Of a stretch of DNA of 62,071 bases, positions 9,963 through 17,955 are shown piece after piece (position 1 is the first letter of the stretch; each line of letters opens with the position of its first letter). The notes under the pieces were generated by a model. The model saw nothing but the letters and a program-made list of their open reading frames with translations, was not told where the DNA came from and made no database searches. This DNA comes from Nitrospinaceae bacterium (GTDB lineage: Bacteria > Nitrospinota > Nitrospinia > Nitrospinales > VA-1): the NCBI GenBank assembly GCA_020343535.1, contig CP070799.1, forward strand, positions 1,867,774 to 1,929,844. Reading direction: 5' to 3'. The translations under genes and the position numbers were made by a program.

Positions 9963-10334
9963 TTAATTCTTTTTTTTTAGTGGTTTTGGAGGGGCCGCGA
10001 GGTCTAAAAGAACCTGGATCGCGGAAATCTTTTTAGGGTCTCCTTCTCGGTAGAGGCGTTCTATTTGGGAAATCAGTTTTTCCAGTTTTTTGTCTCCCCT
10101 CTTTTGATCTTTCGAGGATTTTCCCGTTAAAAGCCAATTAAGGTTTTTATTCCCCAATTCAGAAATCCTGATCAGAATAGCTATCTCCGGCTCCCGTTGA
10201 TTTTTTTCATATTTACTGATCACTGTAGATCCACCCAGGCCCAGCTTTTTGGCAAAGACCGCTTGATTTAGTCCCATTTCCCTCCGGATCGATTTAATAC
10301 GCTCGCCCAAAAACCCCGAATTGCCAATTTTCAC
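9963..10334 (-). CDS. XRE-family HTH transcriptional regulator
   Basis: GERIKSIRREMGLNQAVFAKKLGLGGSTVISKYEKNQREPEIAILIRISEL is a typical Cro/C1 HTH. GTG start at 10334. Confidence 0.75.
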   Translation of the reverse strand: MKIGNSGFLGERIKSIRREMGLNQAVFAKKLGLGGSTVISKYEKNQREPEIAILIRISELGNKNLNWLLTGKSSKDQKRGDKKLEKLISQIERLYREGDPKKISAIQVLLDLAAPPKPLKKKN

Positions 10335-10363
10335 TTGACTAAAATCCCCAATTTGTCATAATT
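10335..10363 (+). promoter_or_regulatory. candidate sigma70-type promoter for the integrase gene
   Basis: TTGACT (10335-10340), a 17-nt spacer, then ATAATT (10358-10363). It directly abuts the XRE gene start on the other strand. Confidence 0.4.
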
Positions 10364-10567
10364 GAGAGGTGGTAAAAATATCTAGAGGGATTCTCCGCCT
10401 CAATTCTGGGTAAGAATCCTACCATAAAATGATCCCGCGTAGAGGCAGAAATTCATCCAGTTCTCCCTGGGCGCGATGAAGTAGATTACCTTCCCAAAAT
10501 CGTAATGGTACACTCCATTGCATTAAGGAGCCGGCATGGCCGGGCTTTCTATAAGGAGGAAGCCGCT

Positions 10568-11566
10568 ATGCCAGAGCACATGCGCCGCCGAGGCAAATCG
10601 GGTATTTTTTATGCTGATTTTTGGTTGGATGGTGTCCATTACCAAGACTGCCTCGGAACCAGCGATCGCCGATGGGCGGAGCGAACATTGGCTTTATTAA
10701 AAGATAAAATTGAAGGAGGTGAATACTACAAGCACAGAACGATATTTCGAGATTTGGTTCCAAAATATTTGGAAAAGCTTTCCACGCGGTCCTTACACCT
10801 CAAGGTTAGAAATACCACAATTCTTGAAATACATCTTACTCCTTTTTTCGGAGATATGAGGTTGGCTGAGATTAATATATCTTCTGTTGTCCAATACAAA
10901 ATGGAACGGGAAAAGGATAGGGCCACCGAAAGTACCTTGAAAAAGGAATTGAGAGTTCTTAGGGAGGTCATATTGCTAGTAGATTCTAAGTGGAAAAACC
11001 CGACATTAGCCGACTCGGATTTGATGAAGTTTATTTATAAGGGAAAGAAGGCGGAAAACTTTCTTGAGGAGTCAGACGTTTATCTAATCATTGGGTGTAT
11101 GCCTGAGAAGTACAAGGCGCTTTGTTTGATTGCGGCCTACTCAGGCCTTCGTCTGAAAAACGTGGTCGAATTAAAATGGGAAAATGTCGATCTAGCGAAT
11201 GGTTGGATCAGGGTTAACCAGAGTAAGACGGGGAATTTGGTAAAAGTTCCGATTTGCGGAAAGCTGAAAGATATTTTTGGATCCATAAAGGTTAGACCAC
11301 TTGCTGGAAATGCAAGAGTATTTCCTGGCTCAAAAACCAAACCTGTAACCACGGCATTTAAACGTGCGAGTAAAAAGGCAGGGTTGGAATGGGCTTCCTT
11401 TCACTCGCTCAGACATTTTTGTGGATCATTCTTAGCTAATAGCGGAATACGGCAAGAATTGATTGCTCAGGTGTTGGGGCACAAAGATTTGAGAAGCACT
11501 CGGGTCTACACCCACTTCAGGCCTGAGACGGTAAAGGAAGTTGTGTCAGTTTTTGACCAGGAATAA
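10568..11566 (+). CDS. tyrosine recombinase / phage-type integrase
   Basis: The C-terminal catalytic region HSLRHFCGSFLANSG...LGHKDLRSTRVYTH carries the R..HxxR..Y signature. ATG 10568 is preceded by TAAGGAGGA (track ORF starts at 10505). Confidence 0.9.
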   Translation: MPEHMRRRGKSGIFYADFWLDGVHYQDCLGTSDRRWAERTLALLKDKIEGGEYYKHRTIFRDLVPKYLEKLSTRSLHLKVRNTTILEIHLTPFFGDMRLAEINISSVVQYKMEREKDRATESTLKKELRVLREVILLVDSKWKNPTLADSDLMKFIYKGKKAENFLEESDVYLIIGCMPEKYKALCLIAAYSGLRLKNVVELKWENVDLANGWIRVNQSKTGNLVKVPICGKLKDIFGSIKVRPLAGNARVFPGSKTKPVTTAFKRASKKAGLEWASFHSLRHFCGSFLANSGIRQELIAQVLGHKDLRSTRVYTHFRPETVKEVVSVFDQE

Positions 11567-11634
11567 GCTATCTGCAAATTATCTGCAAGCGGAGAAAATG
11601 AGTAGGGTTGATAGTCCTAACTTGTTGAAAAATA

Positions 11635-11709
11635 TGGTAGCCCCAAGGGGAATCGAACCCCTGTTTCCGGCGTGAGAGGCCGGCGTCCTAACCCCTAGAC
11701 GATGGGGCC
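11635..11709 (-). tRNA. tRNA-Glu (anticodon CUC)
   Basis: The reverse complement GGCCCCATCGTCTAGGGGTTAGGACGCCGGCCTCTCACGCCGGAAACAGGGGTTCGATTCCCCTTGGGGCTACCA folds as a cloverleaf. Anticodon stem CCGGC/GCCGG with loop CTCTCAC; T-arm AGGGG-TTCGATT-CCCCT; encoded CCA. Confidence 0.9.
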
Positions 11710-11746
11710 ACCTTTTCGTGTTTGCCAGGTGATGTGTTGCGGCTGT

Positions 11747-12220
11747 TTAAAAGCCGGGTTTGTCCATGATTGGTGGGCCGCCGCCGCGTTTGTTGCGCTC
11801 CTTGTTTTTTTCGTCGCGAACTTTTTGTTCGGCTTCCAGGTCGCGCTTGTTCAGGCGCGATATCAAAAACACCATCAGCGGATACGCGGGCAGGCTCAGC
11901 ACGCCCCAGGTGAGCATGAGCTTGCCTTGCGCCGAGATGACCTCGGCCTCATCGCCGCTGTTCAGAGTGGTGGAAATCAGGAACAGCATCAGCCCGAGCA
12001 GGATTCCCGCCAGGGAGGACACGGAGGTTTTGTGCGCCACTTCGTTCATGTACAGGGTGGGCAGCAGGGGGAAATCGGTCACGTATGCGCCAAGCACGCC
12101 TAGAGTCATCATGATGTACATGGCTGCCATCAGAAAATCGTTGGTGATGGCGAGCGCGCCGATGAAGAGATAAACCGGCGCCCAGAGTCCGACGATGAAG
12201 GGATTGCGGAAAATGTTCAT
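11747..12220 (-). CDS. hypothetical integral membrane protein (about 4 TM helices, basic C-terminal tail)
   Basis: This is the only frame in the interval with a membrane-protein-like composition; the overlapping plus-strand ORFs are R/A/G-rich shadows. No obvious SD upstream of the ATG. Confidence 0.5.
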   Translation of the reverse strand: MNIFRNPFIVGLWAPVYLFIGALAITNDFLMAAMYIMMTLGVLGAYVTDFPLLPTLYMNEVAHKTSVSSLAGILLGLMLFLISTTLNSGDEAEVISAQGKLMLTWGVLSLPAYPLMVFLISRLNKRDLEAEQKVRDEKNKERNKRGGGPPIMDKPGF

Positions 12221-12243
12221 GGAAAGGAGGGGGCCGATGAAGA

Positions 12244-12317
12244 TGGCTCGGGCACAAGGATTCGAACCTCGACTTTCAGGGCCAGAACCTGACGTCCTAC
12301 CATTAGACGATGCCCGA
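12244..12317 (-). tRNA. tRNA-Gln (anticodon CUG)
   Basis: The reverse complement is TCGGGCATCGTCTAATGGTAGGACGTCAGGTTCTGGCCCTGAAAGTCGAGGTTCGAATCCTTGTGCCCGAGCCA. It has the U1-A72 acceptor pair typical of tRNA-Gln, anticodon stem TCAGG/CCTGA with loop TTCTGGC, a TTCGAAT T-loop and an encoded CCA. Confidence 0.9.
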
Positions 12318-12406
12318 ACATATTTTTATTCAAGTGGATTCATGATAGTTTTATATCCGTGATCTGTCAAGTTGAATCCCGCCCCTGGGGCGGGGGAGGA
12401 GGGGGT

Positions 12407-12982
12407 ATGCGGGTGATTTCGGGGACGGCGAGGGGGACCCGGCTGACGAGCCTGAAGGGAGCCCCGGTGCGGCCGACGCTGGACCGGATGAAGGAATCGT
12501 TCTTCAACCGGGTGGGGCCGGGTCTCGCCGGGGTGTGGTTCCTCGATTTGTTCGCGGGGTCGGGCGGCATCGGCATCGAGGCGCTCAGCCGCGGGGCTGA
12601 GAAAGTGGTCTTCGTCGAAAACGACCCGCGCGCCCAGCTGGTGATCTACCAGAACCTGGCCAAGTGTCACATGGGGCCGGAGGGGCCGGCGGCGGAGGGC
12701 AAGCGCTGGGTTCTCCTCAAGATGGACGCGCTGCACGCCATCGACGTCCTGGCCGGGCGTGGGCTGCGTTTCGATGTGGTGTACGTCGACCCGCCGTTTG
12801 CGCTTGGGGTATATGACGATGTGCTTCTCGGGCTGGCCGAGTCGCCGCTGCTCGGGGAGGGTTGCCGGGTGGTTGTGGAGCACCATCATAAACAGGTGCT
12901 TGCGGAAAATTATGCTACACTGGCTCTCATCGACAGTCGGCGGATGGGAGACAATCGTCAGACTTATTTCGGTTTGGGGTGA
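12407..12982 (+). CDS. rsmD: 16S rRNA (guanine966-N2)-methyltransferase RsmD
   Basis: MRVISGTARGTRL...PTLDRMKESFFN...FLDLFAGSGGIGIEALSRGA...VYVDPPF are RsmD family motifs. ATG 12407 follows GGAGGAGGGGG. Confidence 0.85.
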   Translation: MRVISGTARGTRLTSLKGAPVRPTLDRMKESFFNRVGPGLAGVWFLDLFAGSGGIGIEALSRGAEKVVFVENDPRAQLVIYQNLAKCHMGPEGPAAEGKRWVLLKMDALHAIDVLAGRGLRFDVVYVDPPFALGVYDDVLLGLAESPLLGEGCRVVVEHHHKQVLAENYATLALIDSRRMGDNRQTYFGLG

Positions 12983-13021
12983 GGCCCGCCCGCCCCGGGC
13001 GTATCATTTGGATATCGGTCA

Positions 13022-14098
13022 ATGACCTGCAGAGAAAAAATCGTCGTCGCCATGAGCGGCGGGGTGGACAGTTCGGTGGCCGCGGCGCTGCTCAAGGAGC
13101 GCGGCCGGGATGTGGTGGGCATTTCGCTCCAACTCTGGAACTACAGCCAGGCGGCCGATTCGCGCTTCGGCACCTGCTGCTCGCTGGACGACCTGGCCGA
13201 CGCACGCCGGGTGGCGGACTGCATTGGGATTCCCTTCTATATATTGAACCTGGAAAGGGAGTTCAGGCGCGACGTGGTGGACTATTTCGTCGATGAATAC
13301 ATGAAGGGCCGCACCCCCATTCCGTGCACGTTGTGCAACCAGAAGCTGAAATTCGACGAGTTGTTTAATAAGGCGGAGGGCTTCGGCTTCAGCCGGGTGG
13401 CGACGGGCCACTACGCCTCCATCGTCAAGGACGCTTCCGGCCGCTTCGCGGTGCGCCGCGGGCGGGATCGCGCCAAGGACCAGAGCTATTTTCTGTTCAA
13501 TCTGTCGCAGGGGCAGTTATCGCGGCTGGAGTTTCCCCTGGGAGATACGGAAAAGGGCGAGGTGCGGCGGCTCGCGCGCGCGCTCGATCTCACGGTGGCC
13601 GAGAAGGCGGAGTCGCACGAGATCTGCTTCGTGCCGGATAACGATTATGCGGGGTTCATCGCCCGCGAGCGCGGCGAGGCGGCGTTCGCCGAGGGCGAGA
13701 TCATCGATGCCCGGGGCGAGGTGCTGGGCCGCCATTCGGGCTACCCGTCGTTCACCGTCGGGCAGAGAAAGGGCCTCAATCTCGGCGGCCTCAAGGAGCC
13801 GCTTTTTGTTACCCGCATCGATGCGGAGAAGAACCAGGTTGTTGCAGGGCCGAGGCGTGAGCTTGCGCGCCGCCGCTTCAATGTGATGAACGTCAACTGG
13901 AGCCTGCCGCCGGAAGGGCCCGTCGAGGCCGATGTACAGATCCGATACCGGCACCGGGGCGCGCCCGCCACGCTCACGCCCCTTGGCGAGGAGCGCTGGC
14001 AGGTGATGTTCGCCGAGCCGGAATACGCCATTGCGCCGGGTCAGGCGGCGGTGTTTTACCGGGACGATGTGGTCTTGGGCGGCGGCTGGATCGAATGA
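13022..14098 (+). CDS. mnmA: tRNA 2-thiouridine(34) synthase MnmA
   Basis: PP-loop VVAMSGGVDSSVAAALL, then CCS..D..DA..V...GIPFY and the conserved GHYA and DQSYFL motifs. Confidence 0.9.
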   Translation: MTCREKIVVAMSGGVDSSVAAALLKERGRDVVGISLQLWNYSQAADSRFGTCCSLDDLADARRVADCIGIPFYILNLEREFRRDVVDYFVDEYMKGRTPIPCTLCNQKLKFDELFNKAEGFGFSRVATGHYASIVKDASGRFAVRRGRDRAKDQSYFLFNLSQGQLSRLEFPLGDTEKGEVRRLARALDLTVAEKAESHEICFVPDNDYAGFIARERGEAAFAEGEIIDARGEVLGRHSGYPSFTVGQRKGLNLGGLKEPLFVTRIDAEKNQVVAGPRRELARRRFNVMNVNWSLPPEGPVEADVQIRYRHRGAPATLTPLGEERWQVMFAEPEYAIAPGQAAVFYRDDVVLGGGWIE

Positions 14099-14883
14099 TC
14101 GGAGAGGTCCTCGAGGTGGCCATCGCCGCCTCGCGAGCCGCGGGGGATATCCAGCGGACGCGCATTGGCCGCATCGGCCGCGTCGAGTTTAAGGAGGCCA
14201 ACGATCCCGTTACCGAGGTCGATCTTCTGTGCGAGCGGGAGATCATCCGCCGCATTCAGGATCGTTTCCCCGGTCACAATATCCTCGCCGAGGAATCGGG
14301 CGGCCGCGAGGGCGCTCCTTCGCCGCACAAGTGGATCATCGATCCCCTCGACGGCACCATCAACTATTCGCATGGTTTTCCCTGCTATGGGGTTTCCATC
14401 GCGTTTGAGAGCGAGGGCGTGGTGCGCGCGGGAGTGGTCTACAACCCCTCCCTCGACGAGCTGTTCGCCGCTCAAAAGGGCGGGGGCGCCACGCTGAACG
14501 GCAGGCCCATCCGCGTCTCCGGTACCGGAACTCTGGACCGGAGCCTGCTCGCCACCGGTTTTTCTCCCCGCGTCGTCCGTTCGTCCGATAATAATATGGA
14601 AAATTTCCGCCGCTTCATGGGCGCGGCGCAGGCCATTCGGCGTCCCGGTTCGGCGGTGCTCGACCTGTGCTATACGGCCATGGGACGGTTCGAGGGGTTC
14701 TGGGAAATGAAGCTTAAGCCCTGGGACATGGCGGCGGGGGCGCTCATGGTCGAGGAAGCGGGCGGCCGCGTCACCCGCTTCGACGGAGCGCCCTTCACCG
14801 CCTACGATGCGGAGATTCTTGCCAGCAACGGCCTCGTTCATCAGGCAATGGTGGAAATCCTGCGGCCCGCGGGGGGCGGGTAG
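14095..14883 (+). CDS. suhB: inositol monophosphatase family protein (SuhB-like)
   Basis: Motifs ILAEESG, WIIDPLDGTINY and WDMAAGALMVEEAGG. The start overlaps the mnmA stop (ATGA). Confidence 0.8.
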   Translation: MIGEVLEVAIAASRAAGDIQRTRIGRIGRVEFKEANDPVTEVDLLCEREIIRRIQDRFPGHNILAEESGGREGAPSPHKWIIDPLDGTINYSHGFPCYGVSIAFESEGVVRAGVVYNPSLDELFAAQKGGGATLNGRPIRVSGTGTLDRSLLATGFSPRVVRSSDNNMENFRRFMGAAQAIRRPGSAVLDLCYTAMGRFEGFWEMKLKPWDMAAGALMVEEAGGRVTRFDGAPFTAYDAEILASNGLVHQAMVEILRPAGGG

Positions 14884-14969
14884 AAAAAAATTTTAAACGG
14901 ATGGAATAAAAAGGCGAGGCGGGGTATCTTGCATACGGAATTTTATTTAATTCCACCCCTTTTGACGGT

Positions 14970-15014
14970 CCGCCTGCCCGCATACCTCCCTGGCAGGCGG
15001 ATTTTCTCTTTTCT
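14970..15014 (+). terminator. candidate terminator after the IMPase gene
   Basis: 9-bp stem ccgcctgcc (14970-14978) / ggcaggcgg (14992-15000) followed by attttctcttttct. The loop is long (13 nt). Confidence 0.4.
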
Positions 15015-15058
15015 GGCATCCGTTCGCCCGGCGACCCGTTCCCGAAAAACTTTCAAAA

Positions 15059-17260
15059 TCAGGCGGCATTCAGCAGGCTATCGCGGATTTGCGCGAGCAG
15101 CGCCACATTGTGGCGGTGGCCGGTGCGGTGCGCCTTAATGTGGCCGCGCAGGGGTTTTCCCAGCAGATAAAAATCCCCGAGGATGTCCAGAATCTTGTGG
15201 CGGGAGAACTCGTTTTCGAAGCGCAGCTTGGTGTTAAGAACCTTTTTGTCGCCCAGCAGGATGAAATTGTCGAGCTTGCCGCCGGTGGCGAAACCCATTT
15301 TGGTGAGCTGCGCCACGTCTTCCAGAAAGCCGAACGTCCTGGCTGGGGCGATTTCTTCCTTGAAGCTTTTTTCTCCGTTGAATTCGTAGGTATATTCCTC
15401 GATCCCGATGGGTTCCGGGTACTCCATGTGATAGGTGACGCGGAATTTGTCGGAAGGCTCGATGGTGATGTGAGGCTGGTTTTTCTCGGGCGACCCGTAC
15501 AGGTAAGTCCGGTCGATGACGATTTCCTCGCACATGCCATCCTGTTCTTCGAACTCGCCGTCCTCGATCAAGTCGCAAAAATCGCGCGCCGACCCATCCA
15601 TCACCGGCGCTTCGTCGCCGATTTTGATGAGCAGGTTGGTGATGCGGTACATGTGCAGGACTGCCATAATGTGTTCAATGGTGGCCACCGAGGCGCTGCC
15701 CTTTTTCAGGCAGGTAGAGTAATCCGTGGATTCCACGTTGTCGAGCCGGGCCGGGATCGTCTGGCCGCTGGAAATGTCGCCGAAAATGATGCCGCTGTTC
15801 GGCGGCAGGGGGCGGAGAATGAGGCCCGTCTTAATGCCCGAGTGCAGGCCGCTGCCGCATAGCACGACGCTGCGCTTGAGGGTTCTTTGCAACCTGAACG
15901 GCCGTGCGGACGCGGCATCATCCGCGCCCGACGCGTCGATTCCGTGCAGGTGGAGTTTTTCCCGGAAGACTTCCTTGGGGGTCCGAAGCGATTGGGCGGT
16001 GCGCTCCAGGTTCCATTGGTTCTTCCTCAAATGGTGGATGAGAAATCCCTTTTCCCAGTTGAGCTCCGCTTCCTTGAGGGATTCGAAGCCCTCGAACGGG
16101 TTCGATGTGCTTTCAATGGCGGAGTTTCTGAATTCTTGCGGGAGGTCTCCCAGGGCGATCCGCCCCTTGGACGCGGTTTGCATCAGCAGGCGGTCGAGCA
16201 CCGAGCGCAGTTCCTTGAGATTGCCGGGCCAGTGAGGGTTCGTCAGGGCGGTCATCCCATCCCCATCCAGCTCCGGCACTGACACTTCGTTTCTCAGCCC
16301 GTATTTCGTGAAATAATCCTCCACCAAGAGCGGAATTTTGTCGGCGTGGTCGCGCAGGGGGGGGATTACCCGCGGGGCGCTGAATCGTTCCAGGAGCTCG
16401 GGGAGAAAGAAGCCGCTTTCGGTCAGAGCGGAAAGATCGTTGTAGGACGAAGCGATCAGCCGGGCGGGCAAAAGATCCGCGTTCTCCTCATTCTCGGCCG
16501 CATTTTTCAACGCCTTTGCCAGATCCCGCTGAATATCTGTGCTCAGGGCTTCGACGTGGGTGAGGTACACCACTTCCGCGCCCTTTTCGGGGGAGATGAA
16601 CCGCCCGCCCGCCTTGGGCAAGCTCTCGTCCGTTCCGGGAAAAAGATGGAACCGGATTTCCTCCGGCTTGCGCAGGGCGCAATTGAGCTTGATGAAGCTG
16701 CAGTCGGCAAGCGGGCTTAGGCGGTGGATGATGTGGGCAACAAATTCCTTGCCAGTGCCTTTTTCTCCGATCAGCATGACCGGTTCCTTCTTGCCGGCGG
16801 TTTGATGGATGAACGTCCGGATATCGCCGATCAGTTCGAAGCAGAGGGGCAGCTTGCGTTCTTCCACGCCCTCGCAATGATTCAGCCGCGCTTTTTTCTG
16901 GCGGAACACGCTGCTCACCGATTGGGTGACCTTGTCGAGGGAAAACGGTTTTTCGATGAAATCGTACGCCCCGAGTTTGGTGGCCTGCACGGCGGTGTCG
17001 ATGGTGCCGTGCCCCGACATAATGAGCACCTCCACTTCGGGCTGGTACATTTTCACCGACTTGAGCACTTCGATGCCGTCCATGCCCGGCAGCCAGATGT
17101 CGAGCAGGACGACATCCGGAGGGTCCGACTGAATCATTTCGAGGGCGTTGATGCCGTCTTCGGCAACGGCGACTTCGTAGCCCTCGTCGGAAAGGATTTC
17201 TTTCAGGGAACTGACAATATTTTTTTCGTCATCGACGATGAGGACGCGTTCTTGCGACAA
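15059..17260 (-). CDS. lpxC: fusion protein: response-regulator receiver + degenerate sigma54-activator-type AAA+ domain + Fis-type HTH + UDP-3-O-acyl-GlcNAc deacetylase (LpxC)
   Basis: Receiver: VLIVDDEKN, LLDIWLPGMDG, MSGHG, FIEKPF. AAA-like: GEKGTGKE and WPGNLKEL, with no GAFTGA and no hhhhDE Walker B. HTH: NLERTAQSLRTPKEVFREKL. LpxC: LQRTLKRSVVLCGSGLHSG, ATIEHIMAVL, FSRHKILDILGDFYLLG, AHRTGHRHN. Confidence 0.85.
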   Translation of the reverse strand: MSQERVLIVDDEKNIVSSLKEILSDEGYEVAVAEDGINALEMIQSDPPDVVLLDIWLPGMDGIEVLKSVKMYQPEVEVLIMSGHGTIDTAVQATKLGAYDFIEKPFSLDKVTQSVSSVFRQKKARLNHCEGVEERKLPLCFELIGDIRTFIHQTAGKKEPVMLIGEKGTGKEFVAHIIHRLSPLADCSFIKLNCALRKPEEIRFHLFPGTDESLPKAGGRFISPEKGAEVVYLTHVEALSTDIQRDLAKALKNAAENEENADLLPARLIASSYNDLSALTESGFFLPELLERFSAPRVIPPLRDHADKIPLLVEDYFTKYGLRNEVSVPELDGDGMTALTNPHWPGNLKELRSVLDRLLMQTASKGRIALGDLPQEFRNSAIESTSNPFEGFESLKEAELNWEKGFLIHHLRKNQWNLERTAQSLRTPKEVFREKLHLHGIDASGADDAASARPFRLQRTLKRSVVLCGSGLHSGIKTGLILRPLPPNSGIIFGDISSGQTIPARLDNVESTDYSTCLKKGSASVATIEHIMAVLHMYRITNLLIKIGDEAPVMDGSARDFCDLIEDGEFEEQDGMCEEIVIDRTYLYGSPEKNQPHITIEPSDKFRVTYHMEYPEPIGIEEYTYEFNGEKSFKEEIAPARTFGFLEDVAQLTKMGFATGGKLDNFILLGDKKVLNTKLRFENEFSRHKILDILGDFYLLGKPLRGHIKAHRTGHRHNVALLAQIRDSLLNAA

Positions 17261-17317
17261 GAGAATTCTCCTGTTCTGGACCAGTTGGAAAAGAAGACGG
17301 TTCCTAAATATCTTCCC

Positions 17318-17950
17318 TTATTCCCGGGTAAAATCCAAATAATATATACGTTCTCCGGCCTTGATGAAGTTGTTCTCGTACTTGGTCATCGGCAAATCGT
17401 CGCGTTCTTCCCGAAAGGCGCACGGTCCGCAATTGTTGCGAAAGGCCAGGTCCGCCTCGAGGTAATCGAGCATTTCGCGGGCGTAGGGCTCGCTGTCGGT
17501 GGCCAGCCGCAACAGGCCGCCCCCCTTCAGCTTTTCGGCGAGGACCTTGAGAAACGCCGGTTTGATCAAGCGCCGCTTGATATGGCGCTTTTTCGGCCAG
17601 GGGTCCGGAAAGTTGATATAAACCCCCGCCAGTTCCCCCGGGTTGAAGATGAAGGGAACCTTCTCGCGCGCATCGCCGTATACGATGCGTACGTTCGCCA
17701 TTTGCAGCTTTTCGATCCGCGAGACTATCTTCCGGATGCCGCGATGATAAAAGTCCAGGCCGATAAAATTGCACCCCGGCTCGCGAGCGGCCATTTCGAT
17801 GAGAAACTTGCCGTTGCCGAAGCCGATTTCCAGCATCAGCGGATGGTCGTTGTCGAACAGCGCGGGCCAATCCGGCCGCTCTTCGGGGGCGAGAAAAAAC
17901 GGGCTTTCTTCGGCGATCTCGTCGAAGGAAAGAAGCGGTTTGGATGACAT
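17318..17950 (-). CDS. trmB: tRNA (guanine46-N7)-methyltransferase TrmB
   Basis: LEIGFGNGKFLIEMA, NFIGLDF and INFPDPWPKKRHIKRRL are typical TrmB motifs. Confidence 0.85.
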   Translation of the reverse strand: MSSKPLLSFDEIAEESPFFLAPEERPDWPALFDNDHPLMLEIGFGNGKFLIEMAAREPGCNFIGLDFYHRGIRKIVSRIEKLQMANVRIVYGDAREKVPFIFNPGELAGVYINFPDPWPKKRHIKRRLIKPAFLKVLAEKLKGGGLLRLATDSEPYAREMLDYLEADLAFRNNCGPCAFREERDDLPMTKYENNFIKAGERIYYLDFTRE

Positions 17951-17955
17951 GGATT

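Larger units (their letters stand above)
1..11634. mobile_element. AT-rich integrative genomic island (partial; left end outside the window) inserted at the 3' end of tRNA-Glu
   Basis: An abrupt change from AT-rich to GC-rich sequence falls between the integrase stop (11566) and the tRNA-Glu 3' end (11635). The integrase and phage-like regulators sit at the tRNA-proximal end. No second att copy was found in the window. Confidence 0.6.

Noticed and set aside
1-11634. Search for the distal att site (a direct repeat of the tRNA-Glu 3' end) to delimit the island inside the window
   Set aside because: No stretch resembling ggggaatcgaacccc or the neighbouring tRNA sequence occurs in the AT-rich part. 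The left boundary therefore cannot be placed.
11702-12173. Plus-strand ORFs (11702..12103, 11760..12173) and minus-strand ORF 11949..12257 between the two tRNAs
   Set aside because: They overlap the tRNA genes or have Arg/His/Ala-rich composition. Only the 11747..12220 minus frame looks like a real (membrane) protein, and even that call has moderate confidence.
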